From an uncultured Gammaproteobacteria bacterium (GTDB lineage: Bacteria > Patescibacteriota > Patescibacteriia > SG8-24 > DYFX01): DNA of 64,000 bases. The notes below the pieces were generated by a model, which saw nothing but the letters and a program-made list of their open reading frames with translations, was not told the DNA's origin and did no database searches. This document shows positions 37,488 through 45,529 of this stretch, piece after piece (the stretch's first letter is position 1; each line of letters opens with the position of its first letter). The stretch covers positions 4,471 to 68,470 of the forward strand of contig CAYOJH010000005.1 of NCBI GenBank assembly GCA_964404275.1, written 5' to 3'. Position numbers and translations under genes: made by a program.

Positions 37488-38159
37488 CTACGGAGCGACC
37501 CGAATGATGCCGCCGCCGCTGGCCGGATGGACGATGTGGCAGTTGTAGCCGCTACCGGATCCGCCGACGACGAAGCGATCGGGCGTGCCGTCATCGACCG
37601 CGATGTCGGCCCAACGGACCGTGCCATCGGCGTAGATCAGCGCGATATTGAAGTTCTCCACTTCGGGAGCGAACTTCAGCACCATGCCGCTTTGACCGTC
37701 GGGATCGGGTTCGCCGAGCCAGGCGGTCATCGGCTTGCCGCAGCCGGACGGATACGGAACCTTCCAGAGATCGTTGCAGCTCGACATGACAGTCGAAGAA
37801 TCGAAGTCGCTGCCGTAGGCGATCCACTGCGGCGAGACGCCGGCCGGAGGAGCATCGAGCGCGCCGGCCGTGATCCAGCCGGAGAAATCGATGCGGCGCC
37901 AGATGATCCCGTTGCTGTCCGTGTCGAGCGAGCAAAGGAGCGACGGGTACGGCTGGCAGCCGGCCTGATCGGACGGGCCTTGCCCGGCAGCGCAGGTCAG
38001 CGCGGCGTCGGGCGCGGCGTCGATGATCGCTCCCCCGTCGCTTTGGCCGTCGACGACCGCATCGATGGAGCCGTCCGGTCCGCAGTCGCAGGGCACGCCG
38101 CCCGCTTGGAACTTGCAGGCGGCCACAACGAACGCAAGACCGATGAGAATGAGCTTCAT
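37488..38159 (-). CDS. Cys-rich secreted lipoprotein, hypothetical
   Basis: Start at Met 38159 with AAGGAG RBS; lipobox VAAC; many Cys/Asp/Gly. Confidence 0.55.
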   Translation of the reverse strand: MKLILIGLAFVVAACKFQAGGVPCDCGPDGSIDAVVDGQSDGGAIIDAAPDAALTCAAGQGPSDQAGCQPYPSLLCSLDTDSNGIIWRRIDFSGWITAGALDAPPAGVSPQWIAYGSDFDSSTVMSSCNDLWKVPYPSGCGKPMTAWLGEPDPDGQSGMVLKFAPEVENFNIALIYADGTVRWADIAVDDGTPDRFVVGGSGSGYNCHIVHPASGGGIIRVAP

Positions 38160-38226
38160 GACGTTTTCTCCTTCGTGCGGCCACTCTCGCCGTTCCCAAC
38201 ATGGGCGCGACGATGACCGACCGGCC

Positions 38227-38255
38227 AGACTATCCCAAAAACCGCGTTTTGTCAA
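38227..38255 (-). promoter_or_regulatory. Sigma-70-type promoter TTGACA-N17-TAGTCT
   Basis: Minus strand TTGACAaaacgcggtttttgggaTAGTCT, ~70 nt upstream of start 38159. Confidence 0.5.
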
Positions 38256-38330
38256 GGTTCTCGGGGCAAAAAGAAGAACCCTGATCTGACGAGACCAGGG
38301 TTCGGAGCTGAGGACGGATGGACGAACGCG

Positions 38331-38867
38331 TTACATGTTGCCGAGCGGCGTGGGCGTGTGGCCCGCGACGCGCTGCAGCTTCATGGCGCAGCTGTGGTCG
38401 GCGCCGCACGTGCGGTACGGGCCGGCCGCTCCCATCGCGGGGAACGTGCTCAGGCCGTACTGCATCCAGCAGTGCGGGTTGGTGAGATCGGTGCACTGCG
38501 AGACGGTGAGCTCGCAGTCGCTGGCCGTACCCGCGAGGTACAGACGCCACCAGCCGTTGGTGTTCAGCTGGGCGGTCTTCTTGGCGCCGCTCCAGTACTC
38601 GTTGACGCTCTCCGAGGGGCAGGCGCCGACCCAGGTGGGCGTCAGCGAGGTGTCCGCGTCCATGTCGGCCGGGTTGCACTCGAAGTAGTCGCCGACGGAG
38701 TCTTTGCCGCCGCGGCAGGCCCAGGCGGCCGACTCGGGCGGAGGCGTCTCGTCGCTGCCGGCGGTCATGCCGGCGTCGGTCTCGGTCGTGCCGCCGGCGG
38801 TGCGTTCGGCGCAGGCGGCGAAGGTCAGGGCGAGGAGGCAGAACGAAGCGATCGTGATGGTCTTCAT
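38331..38867 (-). CDS. Cys-rich secreted lipoprotein, hypothetical
   Basis: Lipobox FAAC after signal peptide; AGGAGA RBS 6 nt upstream; 10 Cys. Confidence 0.55.
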   Translation of the reverse strand: MKTITIASFCLLALTFAACAERTAGGTTETDAGMTAGSDETPPPESAAWACRGGKDSVGDYFECNPADMDADTSLTPTWVGACPSESVNEYWSGAKKTAQLNTNGWWRLYLAGTASDCELTVSQCTDLTNPHCWMQYGLSTFPAMGAAGPYRTCGADHSCAMKLQRVAGHTPTPLGNM

Positions 38868-38922
38868 GGGAATCTCCTGGAGAGGTGTGGTGGGAGACGC
38901 GGGCCGTGAACCGCGCTCCGAG

Positions 38923-39999
38923 TCACTTGAACTTGAAGGTCACGGTGCCCTGGCCGGTCGCGCCGGCCGCGAACTGCATGTTGCTGTCGTAGCCGTCGAA
39001 GCCGAGACCGACGCCAGCTTGGAGGCTGAAGTCGAAATTCGAGCTGTCGACGATCACGTACTTCAGGCCGACGATCCCCAAGCCGGATTGCCAGAGGGCT
39101 TGATTGCCCTCCAGATTCCAGGCCTGGTACTGGACGCCGAGCCCGTATCCCAGGCGGCTATCGAGGCCGCGATGGAAGAGTTGGGCCGTCGCCACGACGT
39201 TGCGGTCGCGGTTCCAGGCCCAGGAGAGTCCGAACGAGAGCTCGACGGTGCCCGAGAGCCAGTAATCGACCTGCAGCTCCGGCGCCATGCTCAGTCCGTA
39301 CGGACGATTGTCCGTATAGATCGAGGCGGCGCGGAAGCCGAGACCGACTTGGATCTTGGTGTTGCCGTCGATGCCCGGGCGGCCTTCGCCGCCGTTCTTG
39401 CCGGGCAGGCCCGGGAGTCCCCGCTGGCCTTGCGGCCCGGGATCTCCCTTGTCGCCTTTGTCGCCCTTGCAGAGCGGCAGGCGATCCTTGATCTCGCTGT
39501 CGTCGAGCTTGCCGTTGCCATTCAGGTCGAAGCCGATCGGCAGCACGTAGCCGCCGTTCGTGCAGACCTTGCCGGGCGCGAGCGGCTCGTGGTCGCGCCA
39601 GACGATCTGGTGCGTGACCTTCACGGCGGGAGGCTTCGGTTCCGACTTCGGCTTGTGGCCGTCGCCGTGATCCTTGTCCTTCGTCGGCTTGTGGCCGGCG
39701 TCGTGATCGTCCTTCTTCGGCGGCGGCGCCTTCGGCTTCAGATCATCGTTCTTGCGAGCGTGATCCTTGAGCGCGTCGGGCGTCAGGCCTTTGAATTCCG
39801 GACACTGCGCGATCGCATAGTCGAGAATCATCTTCTCGTCCTGCTGGCAGGTGGCGTTCGCCGCCTGGCAGGTGGCCAGATCGAACGTGCAGGAATTCGG
39901 TGCGGCCGCCGGCGGATCGGCTGGACGAACCGGGTCGGCCGAGGCGAGGCCTTGGCCGGCCAGAAACAGGAGACATGAGAACATCAAGCGAGTCTGCAT
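38923..39999 (-). CDS. Secreted protein with collagen-like Gly-X-Y triple-helix repeat and beta-rich C-terminal domain
   Basis: Signal peptide; 12 consecutive GXY triplets (GDKGDKGDPGPQGQRGLPGLPGKNGGEGRPGIDG, nt ~39368-39470); C-terminal 150 aa with alternating aromatic/Gly pattern. Confidence 0.6.
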   Translation of the reverse strand: MQTRLMFSCLLFLAGQGLASADPVRPADPPAAAPNSCTFDLATCQAANATCQQDEKMILDYAIAQCPEFKGLTPDALKDHARKNDDLKPKAPPPKKDDHDAGHKPTKDKDHGDGHKPKSEPKPPAVKVTHQIVWRDHEPLAPGKVCTNGGYVLPIGFDLNGNGKLDDSEIKDRLPLCKGDKGDKGDPGPQGQRGLPGLPGKNGGEGRPGIDGNTKIQVGLGFRAASIYTDNRPYGLSMAPELQVDYWLSGTVELSFGLSWAWNRDRNVVATAQLFHRGLDSRLGYGLGVQYQAWNLEGNQALWQSGLGIVGLKYVIVDSSNFDFSLQAGVGLGFDGYDSNMQFAAGATGQGTVTFKFK

Positions 40000-40080
40000 G
40001 ACTCACCTCCTCAAAATGTTGTTGTCCATCCGTTGTCGAAGATCGAACGCAGCGCCACGAACCTCCCCGCGGGACGCGGA

Positions 40081-40166
40081 AAGAAGCGCTGAAATCGCCC
40101 GACGGATTCCGGAAGACAAGGAGGAGGTGTCTCCCGGCCTCGCGTCGGGCGATTTCAAAGCTTCTT
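40081..40166 (-). promoter_or_regulatory. Long imperfect palindrome / stem-loop in 5' leader of collagen-like gene
   Basis: Perfect 14-bp arms GAAATCGCCCGACG (40091-40104) / CGTCGGGCGATTTC (40143-40156), inner arms CCGGAAGACA/TGTCTCCCGG, apical AAGGAGGAGG. Confidence 0.45.
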
Positions 40167-40254
40167 CGGGCACGATCTGCCCATTCCAAAGAACTGGGGA
40201 GTATGCCAGGAATCCGGTGGTTTGTCAAGGCCATTCGCGACCCATCCGGTTTTA

Positions 40255-40293
40255 GGCCGAAAACGGCAAAAATCGGCTGTTTCCAGCCGATTT
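40255..40293 (-). terminator. Rho-independent terminator after Wzz-like gene
   Basis: AAATCGGCT-GTTTCC-AGCCGATTT 9-bp stem; T-rich on minus strand. Confidence 0.6.
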
Positions 40294-40309
40294 CATGGGG
40301 ATTTTTCGT

Positions 40310-40954
40310 TCAAAGCGGCGGGATGCCGCTGAAGCGGACTTTGCGGTGCCGGCGAGCCTCGCCGACGACCAGGTAGAGCGAGCTCAGCACGACGCCGATC
40401 ACGGCTCCCAAAAACGCGTTCAGCGGAACGTTGGGGCGGACCGGGAAACGCGATTGGAGCGGCGTGTCGACGAGCTGGATTTCCAAGTCGTGGCCGCCGA
40501 TGTACTGGTTGCCTTCCGTCGTCAGGACGAAGGCGATCGCGCGCGCGATTTCTGAAGCCTGATCCTTGTTCGTGTGGTAGACGGTGATCCCCAAAAATCC
40601 GGTCTGGTGCGTGACTTGCGTCGAGACCATGCGCTCCCATTGCGCGCGGCGCTTCGTTTCGTTGGGATCAAAGTAGCTCTTATCGATGTTGAAACCCGCG
40701 CTCGTGACCTTGTCGAAAAAAACCGAGGTGTAGATGATCTGGCTCAGATTGTCGGCGATGCTTTCGGCCGAGCGGATGGCGGTGTAGGGATCGAGGTTCA
40801 GGCTGGCCTTCTGGATGATCAAGAGACGCATCGTCGAAGAATACTCGAGCGGGCGCACGAAACTCAGCGCCGCGGCGAGCACCATCGTCACGGCGGCGGA
40901 AACGGCGACCGTCTTCCAATGCCGTTCGAGGAGTTGCGTGATGTCCAAGGTCAT
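40310..40954 (-). CDS. Wzz-like polysaccharide chain-length determinant (PCP family)
   Basis: TM1 near N-terminus, TM2 near C-terminus (LNAFLGAVIGVVLSSLYLVVGE) preceded by proline-rich motif (DTPLQSRFPVRPNVP). Confidence 0.6.
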   Translation of the reverse strand: MTLDITQLLERHWKTVAVSAAVTMVLAAALSFVRPLEYSSTMRLLIIQKASLNLDPYTAIRSAESIADNLSQIIYTSVFFDKVTSAGFNIDKSYFDPNETKRRAQWERMVSTQVTHQTGFLGITVYHTNKDQASEIARAIAFVLTTEGNQYIGGHDLEIQLVDTPLQSRFPVRPNVPLNAFLGAVIGVVLSSLYLVVGEARRHRKVRFSGIPPL

Positions 40955-40969
40955 ACCTCCGGCTTCAGT

Positions 40970-42100
40970 TTACCTCTTTTCCCCGTCGAGTGTCACATCG
41001 ACCGAGCGCTCGGCGCCGTCCTTGAGGACGTCGAAACGGATCTTGGCGCCCGGCTCCTTTTCGGCGATGACTTCGGCCAGATCGCGGCCGCCGGAGAGAT
41101 CCTGCCCGTCGGCACGCAAGAGAATGTCGCCTTCCTGCAAGCCGGCGCGGTCGGCGGCCGATCCCGGACGGACGGCCGGCAGGCCGAGCGCGCGCGAACC
41201 GGTCAAGCGCTCCCCTTTCAAGTCGCCGAAGCCGCCGGCCGAGAGCGAGATCTCTTCCAACGTCAGGTAGTTCACGCCGAGCTGCGCTCGCGCGGGCATC
41301 TGGCCGTGGAAGATCTGGGAGAGGACCGGGCGGAACAGGTGTGTCGGCACGAACGCGTTGACGCCGTCTTTGCTCGTCACGACGATGCCGGCCAAGCTGC
41401 CGCCCGCGGTCAGCACGGCGCCGCCGGTCGCGCGAAGGCCCAGGACGCGGCCCAGCCGGAAGAGGCGCGAGAAGCGGTCCGCGCTCTGGAGCGCGGGAGC
41501 TGCCGCCTGGCGGCCGATCGGAACGGCGCCGGCGAACATGGTGCGGGCGAAGAGCGCGCTTTCATCCTGAACGTAGAGCGGCGTGCCGGAGCGTGGAGCG
41601 TCCGTGTCTTCGAAAGCGCTGACGGGAAGATCCGTCGCGTCGATTTTCAGGAAGACCAGGCCGGTGCGCGGATCGCTGACTTGCTGTTTCGGCTCGAGCA
41701 GGCGGCCGCCGACGGAAGCCAGCACCGCTCCGCCGCCGAGAGCGGATTGGGATGTCGCGAGCCAGCCGTCGGAAGTGATGACGGTCGCGTACCCGACCGC
41801 CTCCGAAGGAATGCGGGCGCGCAGCGAAAGATCGCCGCCGCCGATCGCGGCAGCCGCGCGGGCGTAGAGCCGCACGTTGACGCGCCGCAGCCTGTCGGAC
41901 AGATCGGCATCCTGCAGGGCCGCGCTGGCGGGCGCGGGCAGCTGCCCGATCTGGATCGGCTCGGCGATGGCGGCGGACCAGGAGGCGAAAGACGACTCGA
42001 CCACCAAGGCGGCGGCCAGGCCGGAAACCAAACCGAGCAAAGCCGGCACGAAGATCATCCGCGTCAGTTCGCTCCAGGAGATTTTTTTCTTGGAAAGCAT
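40970..42100 (-). CDS. HtrA/DegP-like trypsin-fold protease with C-terminal PDZ domain (catalytic His not evident)
   Basis: N-terminal TM anchor; trypsin-like core (GYATVITSDGWLATSQS, GLVFLKID, TAGGSLAGIVV) and PDZ (GVNYLTLEE...GDILLRADGQDL); position aligning to catalytic His shows Ser/Gln. Confidence 0.55.
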   Translation of the reverse strand: MLSKKKISWSELTRMIFVPALLGLVSGLAAALVVESSFASWSAAIAEPIQIGQLPAPASAALQDADLSDRLRRVNVRLYARAAAAIGGGDLSLRARIPSEAVGYATVITSDGWLATSQSALGGGAVLASVGGRLLEPKQQVSDPRTGLVFLKIDATDLPVSAFEDTDAPRSGTPLYVQDESALFARTMFAGAVPIGRQAAAPALQSADRFSRLFRLGRVLGLRATGGAVLTAGGSLAGIVVTSKDGVNAFVPTHLFRPVLSQIFHGQMPARAQLGVNYLTLEEISLSAGGFGDLKGERLTGSRALGLPAVRPGSAADRAGLQEGDILLRADGQDLSGGRDLAEVIAEKEPGAKIRFDVLKDGAERSVDVTLDGEKR

Positions 42101-42104
42101 GAGA

Positions 42105-42890
42105 TCAAACCCAACGGGCGGTGAGGAGTATCAAGGCCAGCGCCAGGCCGGCATAGAGCGCGTATTTGCGGACGAGACGCGTCGGGATCGTTTCGGCCGC
42201 GCCCATCGGCAACAGATTGGCCGCCAGGTAATAGACGATGCCGACGACGGCGCCGCCCACGAACATCGAGGTCGGCAGGCTGAGGGCGACGACGTAGGTT
42301 TCGGCGACGATCAGCGCGGCCAAGAGCACGCGCGATCGCGGCCGCTCGCACGTTTCGGTGCAGGCCAGGAACAGATGCCAGCTCCAGAGCAGCGCGATCG
42401 CGACGAACGGAGGGATCGTCCACCAGGCCGTGATCGGCAGGAAGGCCGGCACGCCGATGCCGACGGAAGCGATCAGAAACAGCGAGCCGATGTTGACCAT
42501 CCTGGCGAATTCGGAAATCGACAGGCGCTCTTCCGGATCGTGCGAGAGATCCTCCCGGCGGACATGCTCGAGGAAGAGATAGAGCACGAGCGCGAAGAGA
42601 GCGATGAACCAATGCCGCGGCGCCACCAGGTCGAGGAACAGAAGCGAGGCGATAGTGGAGATGGCGATCATCAGCACGGCCGGCGCCGCCACGGGCGTCA
42701 GGCGGCTCCGCAGCTTGCCGTGCACGAGCGCGAAAAAGCAGGTCAGGATCCAGGCGGCGTTGACGGCGCTCCAGAACAGGAAATCGTGGGTGCGGTCGAT
42801 CGAAATTTCGCTGAGCGCGATGAAGCCGCCGGCGCCCAGGAACGGCACGGCCAGCGCGAGCTTTTCGAGCGTGAGCAGGAAGCGGCGCAT
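42105..42890 (-). CDS. Polytopic membrane protein, hypothetical
   Basis: ~7-8 hydrophobic helices; no recognisable motif. Confidence 0.45.
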   Translation of the reverse strand: MRRFLLTLEKLALAVPFLGAGGFIALSEISIDRTHDFLFWSAVNAAWILTCFFALVHGKLRSRLTPVAAPAVLMIAISTIASLLFLDLVAPRHWFIALFALVLYLFLEHVRREDLSHDPEERLSISEFARMVNIGSLFLIASVGIGVPAFLPITAWWTIPPFVAIALLWSWHLFLACTETCERPRSRVLLAALIVAETYVVALSLPTSMFVGGAVVGIVYYLAANLLPMGAAETIPTRLVRKYALYAGLALALILLTARWV

Positions 42891-42891
42891 G

Positions 42892-43941
42892 TCAGCGGTT
42901 CGTTTTGACGAAATGCAGCGCGTCGGTCAGCAAGATGCCGATGACCATCGCGACCGGAATGGCCAAGAGCGCGCCGAGCAGTCCCGCCACTTTGACGCCG
43001 ATCAAAAGCGCGAAAATGCTGACGATCGGATGAAGGCCCGTCACGCGCTGCATGACCTTCGGCACGAGGATGTGGCTTTCGGTCTGCTGGATCACGAGAT
43101 AAATGACGGCGACCAGCAGTCCCTTGAGCGGCGAGTCGGTCAGCGCGATCAGGATGCCGGGGATGGCCGCGAAGATCGGGCCGACGTACGGGATGGCTTC
43201 GGCCAGCATGGCGGTCAGCGCCAGCACGAGCGCGTATTTCACGCCGAGGATCTTGAGCGCGATGTAGACGGACGTGCCGACGATGCCGCCCAAGATCAAT
43301 TGGCCGCGCGCCCAGCCGCCGATGCTTTTCTCGATGCGCTGGAAGAGATCGACCAGGTAGGGCTGATACGGTTCCGGCGCGACCGTGCGGAAGAGCTTCT
43401 TCAGCGCATCTTCGGACACGACCAGATAGAACGCGACGACCAGCACGATGACCAGCGAAACGAAGCCCTTGGCGATCCCGCTGATCGTGGCGACGACGCC
43501 GACCGCGGCGACTCCCAGGCTGCCCGAAGCGTTGCCGATCGCCTGGCGGAGGTGGTCTCCCAAATCATGCGCGGCGATGAAATCCCGGAGCGGGCCGAAG
43601 GTCGAAAGCAGGCGCGACCAGATCGCGTCGGCATTCATGACGAGATCGCGCGTTTCGTACATCACGGCCGGCACGAGCGTCGTGATCACGGCGCCGATGA
43701 TCAGCAGGATGATCGCGTAGAGCAGGAGCACCGCCAGTCCGCGCGACATCCGCTTCGATTGGAACCAGGAAGCCAGCGGATTGATGATCGAAGCCAGGAT
43801 CAGCGAAACGAAGAACAGCGCGATGATGTCGCGGATGAGATACAGGAAGCCGCAGGCCAGCAGGAAAACCGCGACCTTCACGATGGTGACGGTCGAAATG
43901 GTGATGACCTGAGGCTGGCGTTCCGCGCCGTTTTCCGGCAT
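42892..43941 (-). CDS. AI-2E family transporter (PerM/YdiK-like)
   Basis: Eight-helix pattern and conserved C-terminal region (LAEAIPYVGPIFAAIPGILIAL...IQQTESHILVPKVM); internal Met start. Confidence 0.75.
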   Translation of the reverse strand: MPENGAERQPQVITISTVTIVKVAVFLLACGFLYLIRDIIALFFVSLILASIINPLASWFQSKRMSRGLAVLLLYAIILLIIGAVITTLVPAVMYETRDLVMNADAIWSRLLSTFGPLRDFIAAHDLGDHLRQAIGNASGSLGVAAVGVVATISGIAKGFVSLVIVLVVAFYLVVSEDALKKLFRTVAPEPYQPYLVDLFQRIEKSIGGWARGQLILGGIVGTSVYIALKILGVKYALVLALTAMLAEAIPYVGPIFAAIPGILIALTDSPLKGLLVAVIYLVIQQTESHILVPKVMQRVTGLHPIVSIFALLIGVKVAGLLGALLAIPVAMVIGILLTDALHFVKTNR

Positions 43942-43947
43942 AGTTCG

Positions 43948-43976
43948 TTGGAAATGTAGCACGGAAAGGCTACACT
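43948..43976 (+). promoter_or_regulatory. Sigma-70-type promoter TTGGAA-N17-TACACT for smpB
   Basis: Located 17 nt upstream of smpB ATG in 51-nt divergent intergenic region. Confidence 0.5.
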
Positions 43977-43992
43977 GACCAGGGCATTCCTT

Positions 43993-44445
43993 ATGAACGA
44001 GAGCATCGCCTCGAACGACAACGTCCGGCACGATTACGAACTCCTCGAGACGATGGAGGCGGGCTTGGTGCTCTCCGGACAGGAAGTCAAATCCGCCAAG
44101 ACGGGCCACATGAAACTCAAGGGCGCGCACGTGGCCTTCAGCCGCGGCGAAGCCATGCTGCTCGGCGCCCGGATCGCGCGCTATCCGAAGGCCGGACCGC
44201 TCCCCGGCTACGATCCCGAACGCTCGCGGAAATTGCTCCTGCACAAGAAGGAATTGAATCGATTGCGCGGAAAACGCGAAGAAGAAGGGTTGACGATCGT
44301 GCCGATTCGTGCTTATATGAAGGGCGGCCGCATCAAGATCGAGATCGCCGTCGCGCGCGGCAAGAAGCACTACGAGAAGCGCGAAGCGATTAAAAAACGC
44401 GACCTCGACCGCGAGGCGCGCAGCCGGATGAAGATCCGGCGATAA
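43993..44445 (+). CDS. smpB: SsrA-binding protein SmpB
   Basis: HDYELLETMEAGLVLSGQEVKS...RKLLLHKKELNRL...GLTIVPIRAYMKGGRIKIEIAVARGKKHYEKRE matches SmpB over its length. Confidence 0.9.
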   Translation: MNESIASNDNVRHDYELLETMEAGLVLSGQEVKSAKTGHMKLKGAHVAFSRGEAMLLGARIARYPKAGPLPGYDPERSRKLLLHKKELNRLRGKREEEGLTIVPIRAYMKGGRIKIEIAVARGKKHYEKREAIKKRDLDREARSRMKIRR

Positions 44446-44482
44446 GTTCCCGAGGAGAGCTCCGCCACGCGGCATTCCTCTC

Positions 44483-44887
44483 GGGGATGTATAGATTCGA
44501 TGGAGTTCGTTCTCAATTCGCGCAGGTTGACGGCGCCCGCCCGTCATAAATCACCGGGCAAACGACTACGTGCCAACGTTTTCGCAAAAGCCAAGGCCGC
44601 GTTCGCTCGCGCGTTCGCGCCGTCCTTCGCTCCGGTCTTCGCCTAAGCGCGACTGACCCATCGCCCGTCGACATCTTCTAGACGGATCCCGGTGTCATAA
44701 GAAGGTCCGCCGCATGTTCCGCCGAGAGGCATGCGATACGGTTGGATCCAGGCACGGACGCATGCCACTCGTCGCCTCTATGCATGCGCTCCGGTCCCGC
44801 TTGCGGGAAAACCCGAGACGACTACGCCTGTAGTGCGGATTGTCCTACTTCCTCCAGACCCGGGTGCGAATCCCGGCATCTCCACCA
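44483..44887 (+). ncRNA. ssrA: tmRNA (SsrA), one-piece
   Basis: 5' GGGGATG...ATTCGATGG (tRNA-like acceptor/D analog), 3' T-arm CCCGGGTGCGAATCCCGG and acceptor CATCTCCACCA pairing with 5' end; located immediately after smpB; internal Ala-rich tag frame ending TAA. Confidence 0.8.
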
Positions 44888-44893
44888 AAAAAA

Positions 44894-44924
44894 ATACCCC
44901 ATCCTCGCGATGGGGTATTTTTTG
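44894..44924 (+). terminator. Rho-independent terminator after tmRNA
   Basis: ACCCCATC-CTCGC-GATGGGGT followed by ATTTTTTGG. Confidence 0.75.
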
Positions 44925-44940
44925 GTATACTTCATTCACT

Positions 44941-45174
44941 ATGAACCCCGCACGCCTCACGACCGATCAGATCAAGAAGCTCGTCTACGGCATCGAGAGC
45001 CTGAACCAGGAGCAGCGCGGATTGATCACCGAACTGCTCGAGCGCCTGGCGGGCGGGCATGATGGTCATGTCTATCCGCTGGACCTGCAGAAAGAGCTCT
45101 GGCGCTTGCGCGACGCGCACCAGCTCTCCGACATCGACGTCAAAGCCGTGACGCGCGCGGTCTTCGAAGCCTGA
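44941..45174 (+). CDS. Small hypothetical protein (77 aa)
   Basis: MNPARLTTDQIKKLVYGIESLNQEQRGLITELLERL...; bounded by terminators on both sides; no SD; coding status uncertain. Confidence 0.35.
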   Translation: MNPARLTTDQIKKLVYGIESLNQEQRGLITELLERLAGGHDGHVYPLDLQKELWRLRDAHQLSDIDVKAVTRAVFEA

Positions 45175-45177
45175 ACG

Positions 45178-45211
45178 AAAAAAGACCCCGACGTTCGTCG
45201 AGGTCTTTTTC
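45178..45211. terminator. Bidirectional terminator between small ORF and cspA
   Basis: GACCCCGACG-TT-CGTCGAGGTC then TTTTTC. Confidence 0.65.
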
Positions 45212-45220
45212 TTGCGCGAT

Positions 45221-45418
45221 TTACGCGCGGCGGACGCCCGCGGCGCGGGGGCCCTTTTCGGACTGCTCGGTTTCGAAGGAAACCTTGTCGCCGACCTTCA
45301 GTTCGTCGAAGGTGACGTCGACGAGAGCTTCGGAGTGGAAGAAGACGTCTTTCGAGTTATCTTCCGGCGTGATGAAGCCGAAACCCTTCTCCGTCAGGCG
45401 CTTGATGGTGCCGTTCAT
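45221..45418 (-). CDS. cspA: Cold-shock protein (CspA family)
   Basis: MNGTIKRLTEKGFGFITPEDNSKDVFFHSEAL... RNP1/RNP2 motifs; 65 aa; track ORF has spurious 44-codon N-extension. Confidence 0.9.
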   Translation of the reverse strand: MNGTIKRLTEKGFGFITPEDNSKDVFFHSEALVDVTFDELKVGDKVSFETEQSEKGPRAAGVRRA

Positions 45419-45500
45419 ACGTTCGTTGAGACATGAATAATCGCAAACCACTTTGGCGGAAATTCGTGTGAATCTCAACGCGTAGGTCGAGTGCAGCGAA

Positions 45501-45529
45501 AGAGTACCATCAAAAGCGGCTTTTGTCAA
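45501..45529 (-). promoter_or_regulatory. Sigma-70-type promoter TTGACA-N17-TACTCT for cspA with ~75-nt leader
   Basis: Minus strand TTGACAaaagccgcttttgatggTACTCT; long 5' UTR typical of csp genes. Confidence 0.55.

Noticed and set aside
38923-39400. C-terminal domain of collagen-like protein as outer-membrane beta-barrel implying a diderm host
   Set aside because: It ends in FKFK rather than the canonical aromatic terminus. SufU/SufT-type SUF and abundant lipoproteins argue for a monoderm-like lineage.
44558-44650. tmRNA tag frame GCA AAC GAC TAC... (ANDY...) mimicking the E. coli tag start
   Set aside because: It runs 30 codons to UGA and ends in KRD with no hydrophobic/Ala C-terminus. 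The Ala-rich +1-shifted frame ending TAA is more tag-like; this cannot be settled without a structural alignment.
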